DNA from: a virus | Lineage: Duplodnaviria; Caudoviricetes | Strand: one strand, 5' to 3' | Length of the DNA stretch: 64,000 nt | Virus record (IMG/VR): IMGVR_UViG_3300030333_001969 | Location: 1,761 to 65,760 of that record | In this document: positions 51,472 through 61,296 of the stretch, piece by piece | Position numbering within the stretch: the stretch's first letter is position 1 | Layout of the letters: each line of letters opens with the position of its first letter | Notes under the pieces: model-generated | The model's input: only the letters and a program-made list of their open reading frames with translations | Told to the model about the DNA's origin: nothing | Database searches by the model: none | Translations under genes and position numbers: made by a program

Positions 51472-52131
51472 TTAATTATACTCCTGTATTGCTGTTTTAA
51501 TTTTAGAATATAATGGGTGCTTTGTGTAAAAATTAATTTTATATTTATCTCCATCGTTTTTTGGGGGAATGTGTTTAAAAACGTTTTCAGGATTATTACT
51601 CTTTATTCTAACAATCATCACACTAGTAGGTTCTTGTTTTTCTTCGTCTTTAAAACCCATAGCCTCATGGTATGCTTTTATATGTTCATCATTAAAAAAT
51701 TGAAATCCATCTTTTCCTACAAACGTTATTTTTGGCGCACCCATCCATTCTAAGTTTCTATTAATTCTTTCAACTGCATTATCCCTCATGTCTTTTCTGA
51801 CCCACTCATGCATAACTCCTTCTCCCGCAGATTTACCGTGCTTTCCATGTGTCTCTAGGAAAAAAGGAATGTTTTTTTGTTTGAAAAAGTCTGCTTTTAT
51901 TTCTTTAGGAGAAACATCATCTTTAGTCCGTTGTAACATTTCGTCTGATAAAGTGTTAAATTTAACCCAATTAAAAAGAACTCCTCCTGCCTTCTTATCT
52001 TCCTTACTTACTGCTATAATAAATTGAGTTAAATCCCCCCAACGATTGGGCTTCCCATGTCCTCCCTTAAGAAACCTATTAATTTGTTTTTTTGAGAACT
52101 CATTTTTTTCAATTAACTCAAACCAATTCAT
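51472..52131 (-). CDS. Hypothetical protein with N-terminal tag
   Basis: MNWFELIEK. Confidence 0.65.
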   Translation of the reverse strand: MNWFELIEKNEFSKKQINRFLKGGHGKPNRWGDLTQFIIAVSKEDKKAGGVLFNWVKFNTLSDEMLQRTKDDVSPKEIKADFFKQKNIPFFLETHGKHGKSAGEGVMHEWVRKDMRDNAVERINRNLEWMGAPKITFVGKDGFQFFNDEHIKAYHEAMGFKDEEKQEPTSVMIVRIKSNNPENVFKHIPPKNDGDKYKINFYTKHPLYSKIKTAIQEYN

Positions 52132-53309
52132 ACATCAAACCCCCTTTTAGATTTCTTTCGTCTGGGTATTCTTTTTCTACGGCTAACTGTTGAATCAAGC
52201 CAATCTCTATGTCCCTCTCTATATCTTTCAGAAGGCTTCATTTCTCCTTCAGTTATTTGTCCTACCCCCACTTCTCCTTGTAACGCAGAAAGGTCATTAG
52301 TATCTGGTCTTGCTCTATCAAACTCCATACACGCTTCCCAATTGTCTTTAATATCATCCATACCTAATTGCATTCCTTGTTCTTCAAACCTCAAATTATA
52401 TAAATTAACACCAAACAGTTCTGCGCTTCTTCTTCTTAGATTATCTTCTTCAAACAAATTACCAATGGTGGTACAGTTTAATTCTCTAATAGTCTTTGTA
52501 ATCTTTTTTACATTTGCTGGAGTTTTCTCAGCCATTGTAGATGCTAACACATATTCTAATAAAAGTTCTTTAACCATTTCACAACAATACTCATCGTTCA
52601 TTGAAACCATAGCATCGTCTTCGCTTACTATTGGATATATTCTACTTATTTCATCTTCCGCCATTCCCCCTTCTTTGGAATATGGCTGGTCTTCATCGTC
52701 TTCTGGTGCAGAAGTCTGACCCCCGTTATTTGGGCCACCACCACCACCCCCTCCGGGTCGTCTATTATCTAATTCGGTGTCTCTTTCAACCTTAGTCTTC
52801 CATTTACCATCAGGGCCTTTAGTTCTCACTTTCAGTATTTCTTCCATAGACTTCATTAATTTACCGCCACGAAGTTTCTTCTGTTGAATACGTCTAGTAT
52901 CTCCTTTTTCATTTTTAACATAATCACAAATAGTATTATCATTTGTTAATTTAACCCACATTTCTGGGAAAGTATCCATTTGAGTTCCATGATTTCTTAA
53001 CCATACTTGTTTACAATTATCACAAACATTCACATTTTTAGTGGCGTGTCTCCAAGAAGCAGGATGAACTTCCATACCTTCTCTTTCTAATGCTTCTCTA
53101 GTAACTTTAGGCGCACATTCTCTACAAACTCTAGGAACAGGTTGACCTTCTAATCCTAAGGTTTTCCATTCTCTAGCAATTTGTTGTCTTCTTCTATATG
53201 GTATATTGTAAAGATATTCTCCTCCAACTTTAGGAACTTCTGCTCCTACCCCTCTATATTGTTTTTTACATCTAACGCAAGTTGCCTTTAATATGTCTTC
53301 CCAACTCAT
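52128..53309 (-). CDS. Multi-module Zn-finger protein with N-terminal tag
   Basis: MSWEDILKA; CVRC, CREC, CDNC; internal MKSMEEILK; Gly-rich linker. Confidence 0.65.
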   Translation of the reverse strand: MSWEDILKATCVRCKKQYRGVGAEVPKVGGEYLYNIPYRRRQQIAREWKTLGLEGQPVPRVCRECAPKVTREALEREGMEVHPASWRHATKNVNVCDNCKQVWLRNHGTQMDTFPEMWVKLTNDNTICDYVKNEKGDTRRIQQKKLRGGKLMKSMEEILKVRTKGPDGKWKTKVERDTELDNRRPGGGGGGGPNNGGQTSAPEDDEDQPYSKEGGMAEDEISRIYPIVSEDDAMVSMNDEYCCEMVKELLLEYVLASTMAEKTPANVKKITKTIRELNCTTIGNLFEEDNLRRRSAELFGVNLYNLRFEEQGMQLGMDDIKDNWEACMEFDRARPDTNDLSALQGEVGVGQITEGEMKPSERYREGHRDWLDSTVSRRKRIPRRKKSKRGFDV

Positions 53310-53500
53310 GGTATCATCTCCTTAGCCTCATCTAAATACAAGTGTAATACTTGGTCGTAATATTCTGGTGCTTGTTCATTATCAGTATGATATACTCCTA
53401 ACTTACCATCCTCTAAGTATTCAGCAATATAATACTCTATACCATCATGCATTATTTCTTTAGGAAACTTTTCATTCTTTAACACTTCTTCCCAACTCAT
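53306..53500 (-). CDS. Small acidic protein with N-terminal tag
   Basis: MSWEEVLKN. Confidence 0.6.
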   Translation of the reverse strand: MSWEEVLKNEKFPKEIMHDGIEYYIAEYLEDGKLGVYHTDNEQAPEYYDQVLHLYLDEAKEMIP

Positions 53501-53808
53501 CTTAAATCCTCCATATTGCTACAGTTCTCATAAATAAACATAGTCTCATTTACAATCCTTGATAGTTTATCTAAATAAATTCTTCTGTAATTATTTGCTT
53601 TTGGTTCTGGATTTGCTTGATTAAGTGCTTCTTGCAACTTTGAAAAATATTCAACAAACTCTCCATCTCTTTCTTGCACATAATCAAAAATTTCTTTTTC
53701 TCTCTTATATTGAGTATATTGTTGAAACAAAGGAATTACTTGTTTATTGAAATGTGCCATTGCTGGTTTAACGCATCTATCTGATTTAAGTATATCAATC
53801 CACTTCAT
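53497..53808 (-). CDS. Hypothetical protein with N-terminal tag
   Basis: MKWIDILKS. Confidence 0.6.
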   Translation of the reverse strand: MKWIDILKSDRCVKPAMAHFNKQVIPLFQQYTQYKREKEIFDYVQERDGEFVEYFSKLQEALNQANPEPKANNYRRIYLDKLSRIVNETMFIYENCSNMEDLR

Positions 53809-53809
53809 T

Positions 53810-54292
53810 TTATCTGTCTCCCATTGAACCTAGAATTGTCCCTTTAATTCTTTTTTGTCTTCTTTCATCATTAGCGTATCGGGTAAAATATAAATGTCCT
53901 AATGCTCTTAATACTTGTTTAGTCTCTTCTGGTGTCCTAACAACATACTCAAAATATTGTTTTGTATCTAATATCTTTTTCATATAATTTTCATCATCTT
54001 CGTGAACTGCTGAATCTGATTTATTTATTTTATTACGCTCCATAACTTCCCACCAAGGGTCATCTTTTCTATTATCTGCAAACACTCCCAATATTGCTTT
54101 TTTACACCACGCAATCATATCTTTATTATCTGGATATTTAATAACTTCTCTAATATAATAACGAACTCTCCACTTAGCCTTGTCATGTTGTAAATAAACC
54201 TTATATTCAAATACTCCTTTTTCTCCTACTAAATGCTCTAACACCTTTTCTTCTTGTTCGGTTAGTTTGTCTACATAATGTGGCGTGGGCAT
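53810..54292 (-). CDS. Hypothetical protein
   Basis: 160-aa ORF coupled within the operon. Confidence 0.6.
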   Translation of the reverse strand: MPTPHYVDKLTEQEEKVLEHLVGEKGVFEYKVYLQHDKAKWRVRYYIREVIKYPDNKDMIAWCKKAILGVFADNRKDDPWWEVMERNKINKSDSAVHEDDENYMKKILDTKQYFEYVVRTPEETKQVLRALGHLYFTRYANDERRQKRIKGTILGSMGDR

Positions 54293-54654
54293 TATATCAC
54301 CCTATAGAATGTTTTTTTACCGTTCCTCCCAACACCACGTTCTTGCTTAGTAGTAATATCCATATTCTCTAATCTTTTCCTAAGGAAAGAAGTTAGATTT
54401 TCATCACTATCTTTTAACCCCGGATTCTGTTCTCTTAAAGACTTAACAATATCATCAATAGTTGACCATCCTTCTGCGGTGTGCAAGTAAGAATTAATTT
54501 GTTTTTCTAAAGAATCATAAAATTCATCACTTCTTTTTCCGTGCTTCTTTCTCAAATAATCTAAGTGCTTCATATCATCGGGCTTTGCATACTTCTCAGC
54601 AAGCATCTCAAACTCTTTGAGTTCGTCAGATTTAATTAATTCAAACCAAGTCAT
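54292..54654 (-). CDS. Putative winged-helix protein (probable start MTWFELIKS)
   Basis: WSTIDDIVKSL...LRKRL...GKKTFYRV pattern. Confidence 0.5.
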   Translation of the reverse strand: MTWFELIKSDELKEFEMLAEKYAKPDDMKHLDYLRKKHGKRSDEFYDSLEKQINSYLHTAEGWSTIDDIVKSLREQNPGLKDSDENLTSFLRKRLENMDITTKQERGVGRNGKKTFYRVI

Positions 54655-55130
54655 TGTTTTTGCATCCTTTCTGCACAATCTCGACAAAACGTCAAGTCAA
54701 TTTTTTTACCCTTAGCATTCTTGCCATAGTCAATAGTAAATCTATTACGCGCACCTAACATTTTACCACACATAGCACACTTATTCTTAGGCATAGTTTT
54801 AATGGCCTTTGGTTTATAAGCCTGTTCCATTGGGCCACCCTGTAATTTTACTTCTCCTTCTTTAGCCCTTCCTGTACCTAATCTTGTTCCCATTTCAGGT
54901 CTAAAGTCTTTTTGTCTTTGAAGAACTTCTTTATGTCTGATTGCAACTGGAGCATTTTCTCTTACTGCATCCATCCAATTTCCTTCTTCATCTTCCATTA
55001 TTCCTCTACCCATTACTCGCGTCTTTCTGTTTGGGTCAACATCTTCTCGCTTTTCGCCTTCAAACACATTAGGTGGTTGAATTTTCTTTTTCTTTCTTGG
55101 GCGAATTTTATCTATATTAAACCAAGTCAT
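54651..55130 (-). CDS. Basic protein with C-terminal Zn finger
   Basis: CAMC...CRDC; MTWFNIDK start. Confidence 0.6.
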   Translation of the reverse strand: MTWFNIDKIRPRKKKKIQPPNVFEGEKREDVDPNRKTRVMGRGIMEDEEGNWMDAVRENAPVAIRHKEVLQRQKDFRPEMGTRLGTGRAKEGEVKLQGGPMEQAYKPKAIKTMPKNKCAMCGKMLGARNRFTIDYGKNAKGKKIDLTFCRDCAERMQKQ

Positions 55131-55132
55131 AA

Positions 55133-55507
55133 TTATTCCTTCTTATCCTTATCTCTTTGTTTTCTTTCCCATTCATCTCTTTCATACCTACCTATTCTTT
55201 GACCTTCTTTATCGGGGTCATCACCAATATATATTTGTTCAGTATGGCCGTCCATTCCACTAAATCTATGGTCATCGCACCATTGCGCTCCACAAGTAAC
55301 ACAGGCCCATTCTGCTTTATTATGACAACCTCTACCATAGGGTTGCCAAGAAGAACAAGCATCTCTTGGGAAATCTCTAATGTCAAAATCTTTCATAGTG
55401 TCTTTTGCACCTTTACCTGAACCAAAACCTGTAAACTTTCTATTTTTGTGTGGCTTACTAGGTTTGATGGGTTTAAAATCAAATTTTATTATATCTGTCC
55501 ATTTCAT
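55133..55507 (-). CDS. B-box-like Zn-finger protein (probable start MKWTDIIK)
   Basis: C...C..AEWACVTC...CDDH. Confidence 0.6.
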   Translation of the reverse strand: MKWTDIIKFDFKPIKPSKPHKNRKFTGFGSGKGAKDTMKDFDIRDFPRDACSSWQPYGRGCHNKAEWACVTCGAQWCDDHRFSGMDGHTEQIYIGDDPDKEGQRIGRYERDEWERKQRDKDKKE

Positions 55508-55508
55508 A

Positions 55509-56537
55509 CTATGACCTCCAATCTGCTTCTTTATCAAACTTGATTTTATCTTCTGGGTTAAGTGTTAAATTAGTATTTATAACATACCCAACCTTGAACA
55601 ATACTTTATCTCCTTTTCTAATATTTAAAGTATTTACATACATATCTGTTCCATCATTTCTTGACTTCATCCATTTATAATATCTAACAATATAATATTT
55701 ACCATCAACATAAGATTCTCCTCTTGGTCTTGCAGAAGGTTTCTTTTGAGCATCAAACTCTTTTTTAATATTAACAAGAATTTCTTTCTCCCACGGTCTA
55801 ACTAAGGCTTTTAATTTATTCCAACTACCTGCTGCTTCCATTGCTATAGTTATATCAAATGGTTTTTGTCTGTTGTGTTCCTCCCACAAAACTGGGTTGT
55901 TCCAAGCAGTTTTTAAATAACTCTCAAAAGTAGAATCAAAGCCTTCATTTCGTAAAGTAGGTGTTTGGTCTGAAGGTTTTAATGATTTTCTCCTTTCCTC
56001 ATCAAAAGGTGCAGGTCTAGCAGTTTCTGCTTTCCAAGGGTCGCCATTTTCATCTAATGGGCCTAATACTTCTTTTTTACCTATAGGAGTTACTTTAATC
56101 TTCCTTAGTGCTATACAAGCAATTTGCTCAGGTAAGTCATCTGTATAATCCCTATTAGTAATATATCTCTTCATATTAGGGGGTGAAGGATAACTCTCTA
56201 AGAAGGACTTCTCTTTATTCTCTTCATAATAATCATCTGCTACCCGAAGTAATACCTCAGAAAATATTTCCATATCATGTCTACTAACTTTATCAAGATA
56301 GTTCTTTAACTCATCCCTACAAGAATCGTCCGTATAAACATCTAATTTATCATGGATGCGTGTTTGTCGCATTACATTATCTTTAGGTTCATCACTACTA
56401 TCATATTCACCATAATCACGTACTTCAACTTGTGGCGGAATTTTACGCGCCTTTAGACTTCGCTGACCTTCGCTTCTATCCCAACTATCATACAATTCAG
56501 AAGGCTTACGAGCCTTTAGAATAGTATCCCACTTCAT
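55509..56537 (-). CDS. Hypothetical protein with N-terminal tag (342 aa)
   Basis: MKWDTILKA; first long ORF of the late block. Confidence 0.7.
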   Translation of the reverse strand: MKWDTILKARKPSELYDSWDRSEGQRSLKARKIPPQVEVRDYGEYDSSDEPKDNVMRQTRIHDKLDVYTDDSCRDELKNYLDKVSRHDMEIFSEVLLRVADDYYEENKEKSFLESYPSPPNMKRYITNRDYTDDLPEQIACIALRKIKVTPIGKKEVLGPLDENGDPWKAETARPAPFDEERRKSLKPSDQTPTLRNEGFDSTFESYLKTAWNNPVLWEEHNRQKPFDITIAMEAAGSWNKLKALVRPWEKEILVNIKKEFDAQKKPSARPRGESYVDGKYYIVRYYKWMKSRNDGTDMYVNTLNIRKGDKVLFKVGYVINTNLTLNPEDKIKFDKEADWRS

Positions 56538-56611
56538 TCTTCCGCCTCAATTAATGTCTTCATAAAGTTAATAAAAAACCTACACTCGCCATTTGGGTGT
56601 CTTTCTGCCAT
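56534..56611 (-). CDS. 25-aa leader mini-ORF of the late operon
   Basis: AAGGAGG RBS; MAERHPNGECRFFINFMKTLIEAEE; TGA overlaps the next ATG. Confidence 0.4.
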   Translation of the reverse strand: MAERHPNGECRFFINFMKTLIEAEE

Positions 56612-57011
56612 AATATTCCTCCTTGTGTCGCCCGGTTTAACTTATTTAACCATTAAAACTGAAAATTTGGCCCGTCATTTATTTGCCACTTGCGATTTTT
56701 ATTTTAATGTTTTTATCCTATTCCCAGAATAAAAATAGTTTATTGTTTAAATTGAATGATAAAAAGGTATTAATCTCCTGTATCCCTTTACGCGACCCGC
56801 GATTTTTTAATAGTTAAATAATCACCTTTGAGTTTAGTGCGTTCACTCTATATGACCCATGTGCGCCTACTATTTAGATATATGACTTGACACAATTAAC
56901 ATTTTAAGCCTGTTTTAACTAAACAAATCATTAAAAGATTAAAGAAAAAAAATCGACCCAAAGCATATGGTCATGTAAAATACATAGACCCGTCAGGAAA
57001 TTCTTCCAACA

Positions 57012-57436
57012 ACGATAGTCGTATTCAGCGTTCAATGGAGCATAGTAGTGATAACACTTACTATTAGTCTATTTCTCTGAATACGTCATCGTATGTTTCC
57101 ATCCTTCCATATGGTAAGGTTATAGGACATATAGTATCTGTTAACTTGCAGGGACGGGTAGAAAACTGTCTGGTAAATAGGAACTATACATAAGTATAAG
57201 CCTAAGCGTGTTTCGTAGTTTTACCAGCGTTGTTTTCTACTTAGTGCCCTTGCAAGTTAACAGCACGGTGTCCATAAACCACCCGATTAATCTGGTATCC
57301 AACGTTTCACTTAAGTAAATGCTTTGTAGTTCGTTTGCATCTCCAATAACGACAAAAACAGGGGCACTTAGGTTCTCGCTTAGGCGACCCCTTAATATGC
57401 CGTTATTGTTTATCATCCTCACTAACAAGCATTTAC
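57012..57436. repeat. Three long imperfect hairpins of the CCTAAG family (leftmost degenerate)
   Basis: For example CTGTTAACTTGCA (57138-57150) / TGCAAGTTAACAG (57251-57263) enclosing GCCTAAGCG (57200); CACTTAGG at 57365. Confidence 0.8.
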
Positions 57437-57656
57437 ATTTACAACCATATGGTAGCCTGTGCTTTGCTAACAGAATGCCCGATAACGGGACTTACTTCAT
57501 TGTTACGATTTTACAGCAATTACCCATTCTTACTCGTAAATCGCCTAATTCCATTCCGCAGGTTTCACATATCTCTATCATCATTTTTACATCCATTAAA
57601 CCAGCACCAATAGAAAGAGGAATTGCAATCATCACATGATAAAGGGAGAGTATTTC

Positions 57657-57914
57657 TCATTCTCCCTCCTCCACAACATATAGACCAAGACTTATCATAT
57701 CATCAAGCCATTGGTCTTGTTCCTTCAATGGCATTTGATGATGTATTATATCACCAATAGATTGTATATAGTGTCTAAGAAGGTTACAATTCTTTTGCCC
57801 TTTCAACACTTCACAGAACTCTTGATGGGCGTGTAATAAATCCCAATCAATATCTCCTTCATCTTCAACTAATGGGGTTTCATACCCACATTCACAGAAA
57901 CCACTATGTTTCAT
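57657..57914 (-). CDS. Small Cys/His-containing protein
   Basis: CECG...HQEFC; third gene of a palindrome-bounded cassette. Confidence 0.6.
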   Translation of the reverse strand: MKHSGFCECGYETPLVEDEGDIDWDLLHAHQEFCEVLKGQKNCNLLRHYIQSIGDIIHHQMPLKEQDQWLDDMISLGLYVVEEGE

Positions 57915-58630
57915 TCTTCATCCCCCATAACAAGGGCAGTTGTTTCTGGTGAGCATTGGTAGGTTGCTTCACTAATTATCTTAGTCTCACAATCAACAGT
58001 ATGTGTTAATTCGCAAGCACTTAGTTCTGAAAGAACTGCTTCTACTGCCTCGCGTATTCTCATCATCTCAGCCAATGGCACTTGAACAACCTTTTCTTCT
58101 ACTGCCTTTCTATTTGAAATCTTATCAACTTCATAGATAATAGTAAAGATTAGCGAATAGGTGTATCCATAAGTTTCTAATTTAGCCGTCAAAAACACAT
58201 TATCATCATATTCAATCTTTGCTTTACCATACCAATCTTGTTCACCATTAATGTCACCATCGAATATACCAAGATGTGGCCCTTGAACTCTCATCCAAGT
58301 GTCCATTCTCTTTGTTGTTTCAATTGAACCTATTGTGCCATTAATACCGTAGTTCTTCAAACCCTCCAAAGCCAATTGTGCTTGACTATGGTAATCTAAC
58401 TCCATAACTACTTGACCGTGACTATCGGTTATTGCATAAGTAGTGGTTGTATCTTCCTTCTCTTGGAAACCATATTTACTAGGCTGGCTTTCTGGATTAG
58501 TATAGTTATAACTGCTCGTTTGGGCTATGCCTCTATTATACAGCATTCCTTGCACTTTTTGAGCATGGTTAGGAACATCGTCCATATCCGTGTCAAAGTA
58601 TATCTCCATCTTTCTCTCATATATCGTCAT
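57911..58630 (-). CDS. Hypothetical acidic protein (239 aa)
   Basis: AGGAG RBS; coupled to neighbours. Confidence 0.7.
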   Translation of the reverse strand: MTIYERKMEIYFDTDMDDVPNHAQKVQGMLYNRGIAQTSSYNYTNPESQPSKYGFQEKEDTTTTYAITDSHGQVVMELDYHSQAQLALEGLKNYGINGTIGSIETTKRMDTWMRVQGPHLGIFDGDINGEQDWYGKAKIEYDDNVFLTAKLETYGYTYSLIFTIIYEVDKISNRKAVEEKVVQVPLAEMMRIREAVEAVLSELSACELTHTVDCETKIISEATYQCSPETTALVMGDEE

Positions 58631-58825
58631 TTACTCATCTCCTATTGCTTCAACGTAATCGGACAATGCTGATTGCATATCAGCCATTACTTCCTTTAGG
58701 TTGTCTCCAGATACTCGTAATTTGCTAATACATAGAACAAGGGCAGACCCTGATTTCATATGTTTAACTTCTAACACGTATTTTGGCTCAGTTATTGGTA
58801 TTGTCTCATTATTCTCATTAATCAT
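58631..58825 (-). CDS. Small hypothetical protein (probable start MINENNE)
   Basis: Downstream of the TATA-like element at about 58852-58860. Confidence 0.55.
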   Translation of the reverse strand: MINENNETIPITEPKYVLEVKHMKSGSALVLCISKLRVSGDNLKEVMADMQSALSDYVEAIGDE

Positions 58826-58851
58826 GTGAATCATTCTTATCTTATTCTTAG

Positions 58852-58893
58852 AATATATCAGGTAAGTGTTAGCAAAGCACACTACCATATGGT
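58852..58893 (-). promoter_or_regulatory. Palindrome + CTTTG + TATA-like promoter
   Basis: Minus strand ACCATATGGT..GCTTTG...ACCTGATATATTC; same layout at 59551-59594 and 60008-60051 (minus) and 61536-61573 (plus). Confidence 0.6.
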
Positions 58894-58939
58894 TTGCTTT
58901 GCGTTAAACCGGAGAGGTGGAGAGGGGCGCAAAACCCAC

Positions 58940-59488
58940 CTATTCCTCTTCATCGCCTCCGATGAAGGATACCACAGGATAACCGTTCTCATCATAAGAA
59001 CCGTCCCAATGGTATTTCTTGGTCATATCTCCGTTTGCGTGTGCATTGTAAGCGGAATTGAGGAATAGTCTCTCTTTCTTCACGCCATCTGTTGCAAACA
59101 CGGTAGCGTCATCGTCTAGGGTGTTGTAAAGCACACCACCGGACTTTCCGTGTGTTCTAGCGGTTGCGTAAACACATGGATAAACGGTATCACGAAGTGC
59201 GGTAAAAAGTGTCTCATTCAAGTAAAGGTCGAATGAGGACTTGGTTGCGGTATCCATTAGAGACTTGCGCCCCTGTCCAATGGGCGAATTTGCCACATCG
59301 GTGAATACACCTACAATAGAGTTCCAATATCTCTTTCGGGTGCTTGGGTTAGCATCACCGAGAGCGAACATTGAACGCACAATCATTGCCAAATCGCTTT
59401 GGTCTGGATTAACTGCGAACCACTCTTCTAGGTCGGATTTCTTGGTTTCCCACTTGCTGTCATCTATTTCATTGCTCATCTTAATCAT
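58940..59488 (-). CDS. Hypothetical protein, paralog of 61641-62150
   Basis: Shares GD.N.STR, NSI, R.HGKS.G and WDGS with the plus-strand ORF at 61641. Confidence 0.75.
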   Translation of the reverse strand: MIKMSNEIDDSKWETKKSDLEEWFAVNPDQSDLAMIVRSMFALGDANPSTRKRYWNSIVGVFTDVANSPIGQGRKSLMDTATKSSFDLYLNETLFTALRDTVYPCVYATARTHGKSGGVLYNTLDDDATVFATDGVKKERLFLNSAYNAHANGDMTKKYHWDGSYDENGYPVVSFIGGDEEE

Positions 59489-59609
59489 CTCCGAAAAGGT
59501 AAGATAGGTTTGCGCCCCTAAAATTCCTCTCCGTTCTTATGATTCATTGTGAATATATGAGGTGTGTTTAACACAAAGTACCACACCATATGGTTTTACT
59601 TTGTGTAAA

Positions 59610-59995
59610 AAACCAGATAGGAGAGAATGCTTGGATTTACACTTAGGCTAATCTACCGTTATTCTAAGTCCAAGTCTCATATCTCTCCATTGGGGAGTGT
59701 GAGTGGGTTTTGTATTGTGCTTTCCTAAGGCACTCTCAGACCCGAAACTGAGCAAATGAAGGTGGATGCTGGACTCTCTTTCGATTACCAGCAAAGACGC
59801 ATGGGCGTTAGTTCTACATATCTTGAGTATACAGTCCTAACCCGCGCTTACTCATTCTTACCCCGCTAAGGGCGTTGTCCTGCCTTTCCTTTCTAAGAAC
59901 GACTCGGTGTCCCGCTAAGAACCAAGAATGATGCTTTACACCCTAACGATGGTGTTATTCAGCCAATCCGTGCCAACCGCGCCGTTGGCATTCTT
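59610..59995 (-). ncRNA. Candidate structured non-coding RNA (about 380 nt)
   Basis: Same promoter layout as neighbouring genes but no ORF of 60 aa or more; GC-richer; ends AGAATGC/GCATTCT are complementary; contains GCCTAAGTG; followed by a T-run. Confidence 0.4.
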
Positions 59996-60060
59996 ATGTT
60001 TAAGGGTGAATATATCAGGTGCAATTGACACAAAGTATCACACCATATGGTAAGTTATTA

Positions 60061-61296
60061 GGTCATAGTGGATTGTAAGGCGGGTTTCTCCCTGTGGTAG
60101 CCACTATCCAACAAAGAGGCTAATTCCTAAGAATAGAGCCTAAGCGTACTCAAAGTTGGTGTGGCAGCCACGGTGGAGAAACTCCGCCTTAGAAGCCTAC
60201 TGACCATAAACACTTATTCCCCATTTAATGGGGAGAAACATTACATTAACATGAAATAATACAGATTTCGGTTGCTTAATACGCTAAGGCCGATTCAGGG
60301 CCACTTAGGTTCGGCTATGGCCTTTCCCTGAATTTAGCCTTACCGTATTAACCGCCTCAACTGTATATATTTCATTATACTACCATATGGTTACTTAGTC
60401 TAGGAGTTAAGCATAACTCATGCAGCATAATAGGCTCCTAAGAGTCTAAGCCTAAGTGTTGATGCTGCTTGCGTTAGGCTTAACTCCAAGCAAGATAATC
60501 CCATATCGGGTTCTTTTGATTTGAGGTCTGTTTCAAACAGTTCAGATGCCAATCATAAACTTTTGCCAATGCAGTACCGCTTAGGCTGGGTCTTAAGACC
60601 CCCTTTAGGCTAGGAACGGATGTTCCTACCCGTCAAAAGATTATGTTAGCATCATCACAACTCACCAGACCTTTATTTTATAATTAGCAAACCATATGGT
60701 TGTTTAGGTGATGCTAGGTTTAGTGTCTTCCTGTAGTCACGGATTCAATTCAAAAAATTGAAGCCTAAGTGTATCTGTTACTGCGGGAGACACTAAACCA
60801 ATGCCACCATAATAACCAGATTTAGAATCCGGTTCAAACAATAAAGGAGTCTAACATAAAGGTTTGGCCTTTTCCAGATACAGCAAAATGACTCTTCGCT
60901 TAGGCTTCAAATTGAGATTTGTCCGTCATTTATCTGTATCCTCCTTGGCCTGCTAAACTTGCAATAGTTGTTTGCAAGTTAACAAACCATTAAGAAGACT
61001 CCTTTAACTTACCATATGGTTTGATAAAGTGGTCTGCGTTTAGACGCGAATAAAGGGTGCGTAATCTTTAGTTTTGTATTAAAACAAGAGTTCACCTAAG
61101 TGAAAATCTAAATGTCTCGCCAGTTTTAATTCATAACTAAAGAGTACGTCACGCTTTAGTTCGCGTCTAAACGCGTGACCCATATCATTCCCGATAAATA
61201 GGGTATATATTCCACAAGCGATTGCGAAGGAGATAAACCTATGAACACTTAGGCTCTTGTTATGACAAGCCCTATGTTCATCTCCTCCACTATCGC
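60061..61296. repeat. Eight long imperfect hairpins in alternating orientation with apical RCCTAAGYG motif
   Basis: Stems include 60403-60412/60478-60487, 60717-60728/60788-60799, 60842-60852/60996-61006 and 61036-61050/61160-61174. Motif at 60138+, 60302-, 60450+, 60578-, 60763+, 60897-, 61094+, 61246-. Confidence 0.85.

Noticed and set aside
19402-55386. Nested minus-strand alternative-frame ORFs (19402-19671, 24402-24611, 26881-27069, 55192-55386)
   Set aside because: Fully inside better-supported genes on the same strand, with no independent evidence.
57-55420. Numerous plus-strand ORFs (for example 57-320, 20741-21232, 27779-28372, 45584-46222)
   Set aside because: Antisense shadows of long, coupled minus-strand genes; S/F/L-rich translations with no recognisable motifs.
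57237-57639. ORFs 57237-57428 (-) and 57319-57639 (+)
   Set aside because: They overlap hairpin elements and a palindrome, lack an RBS and are most likely chance ORFs.
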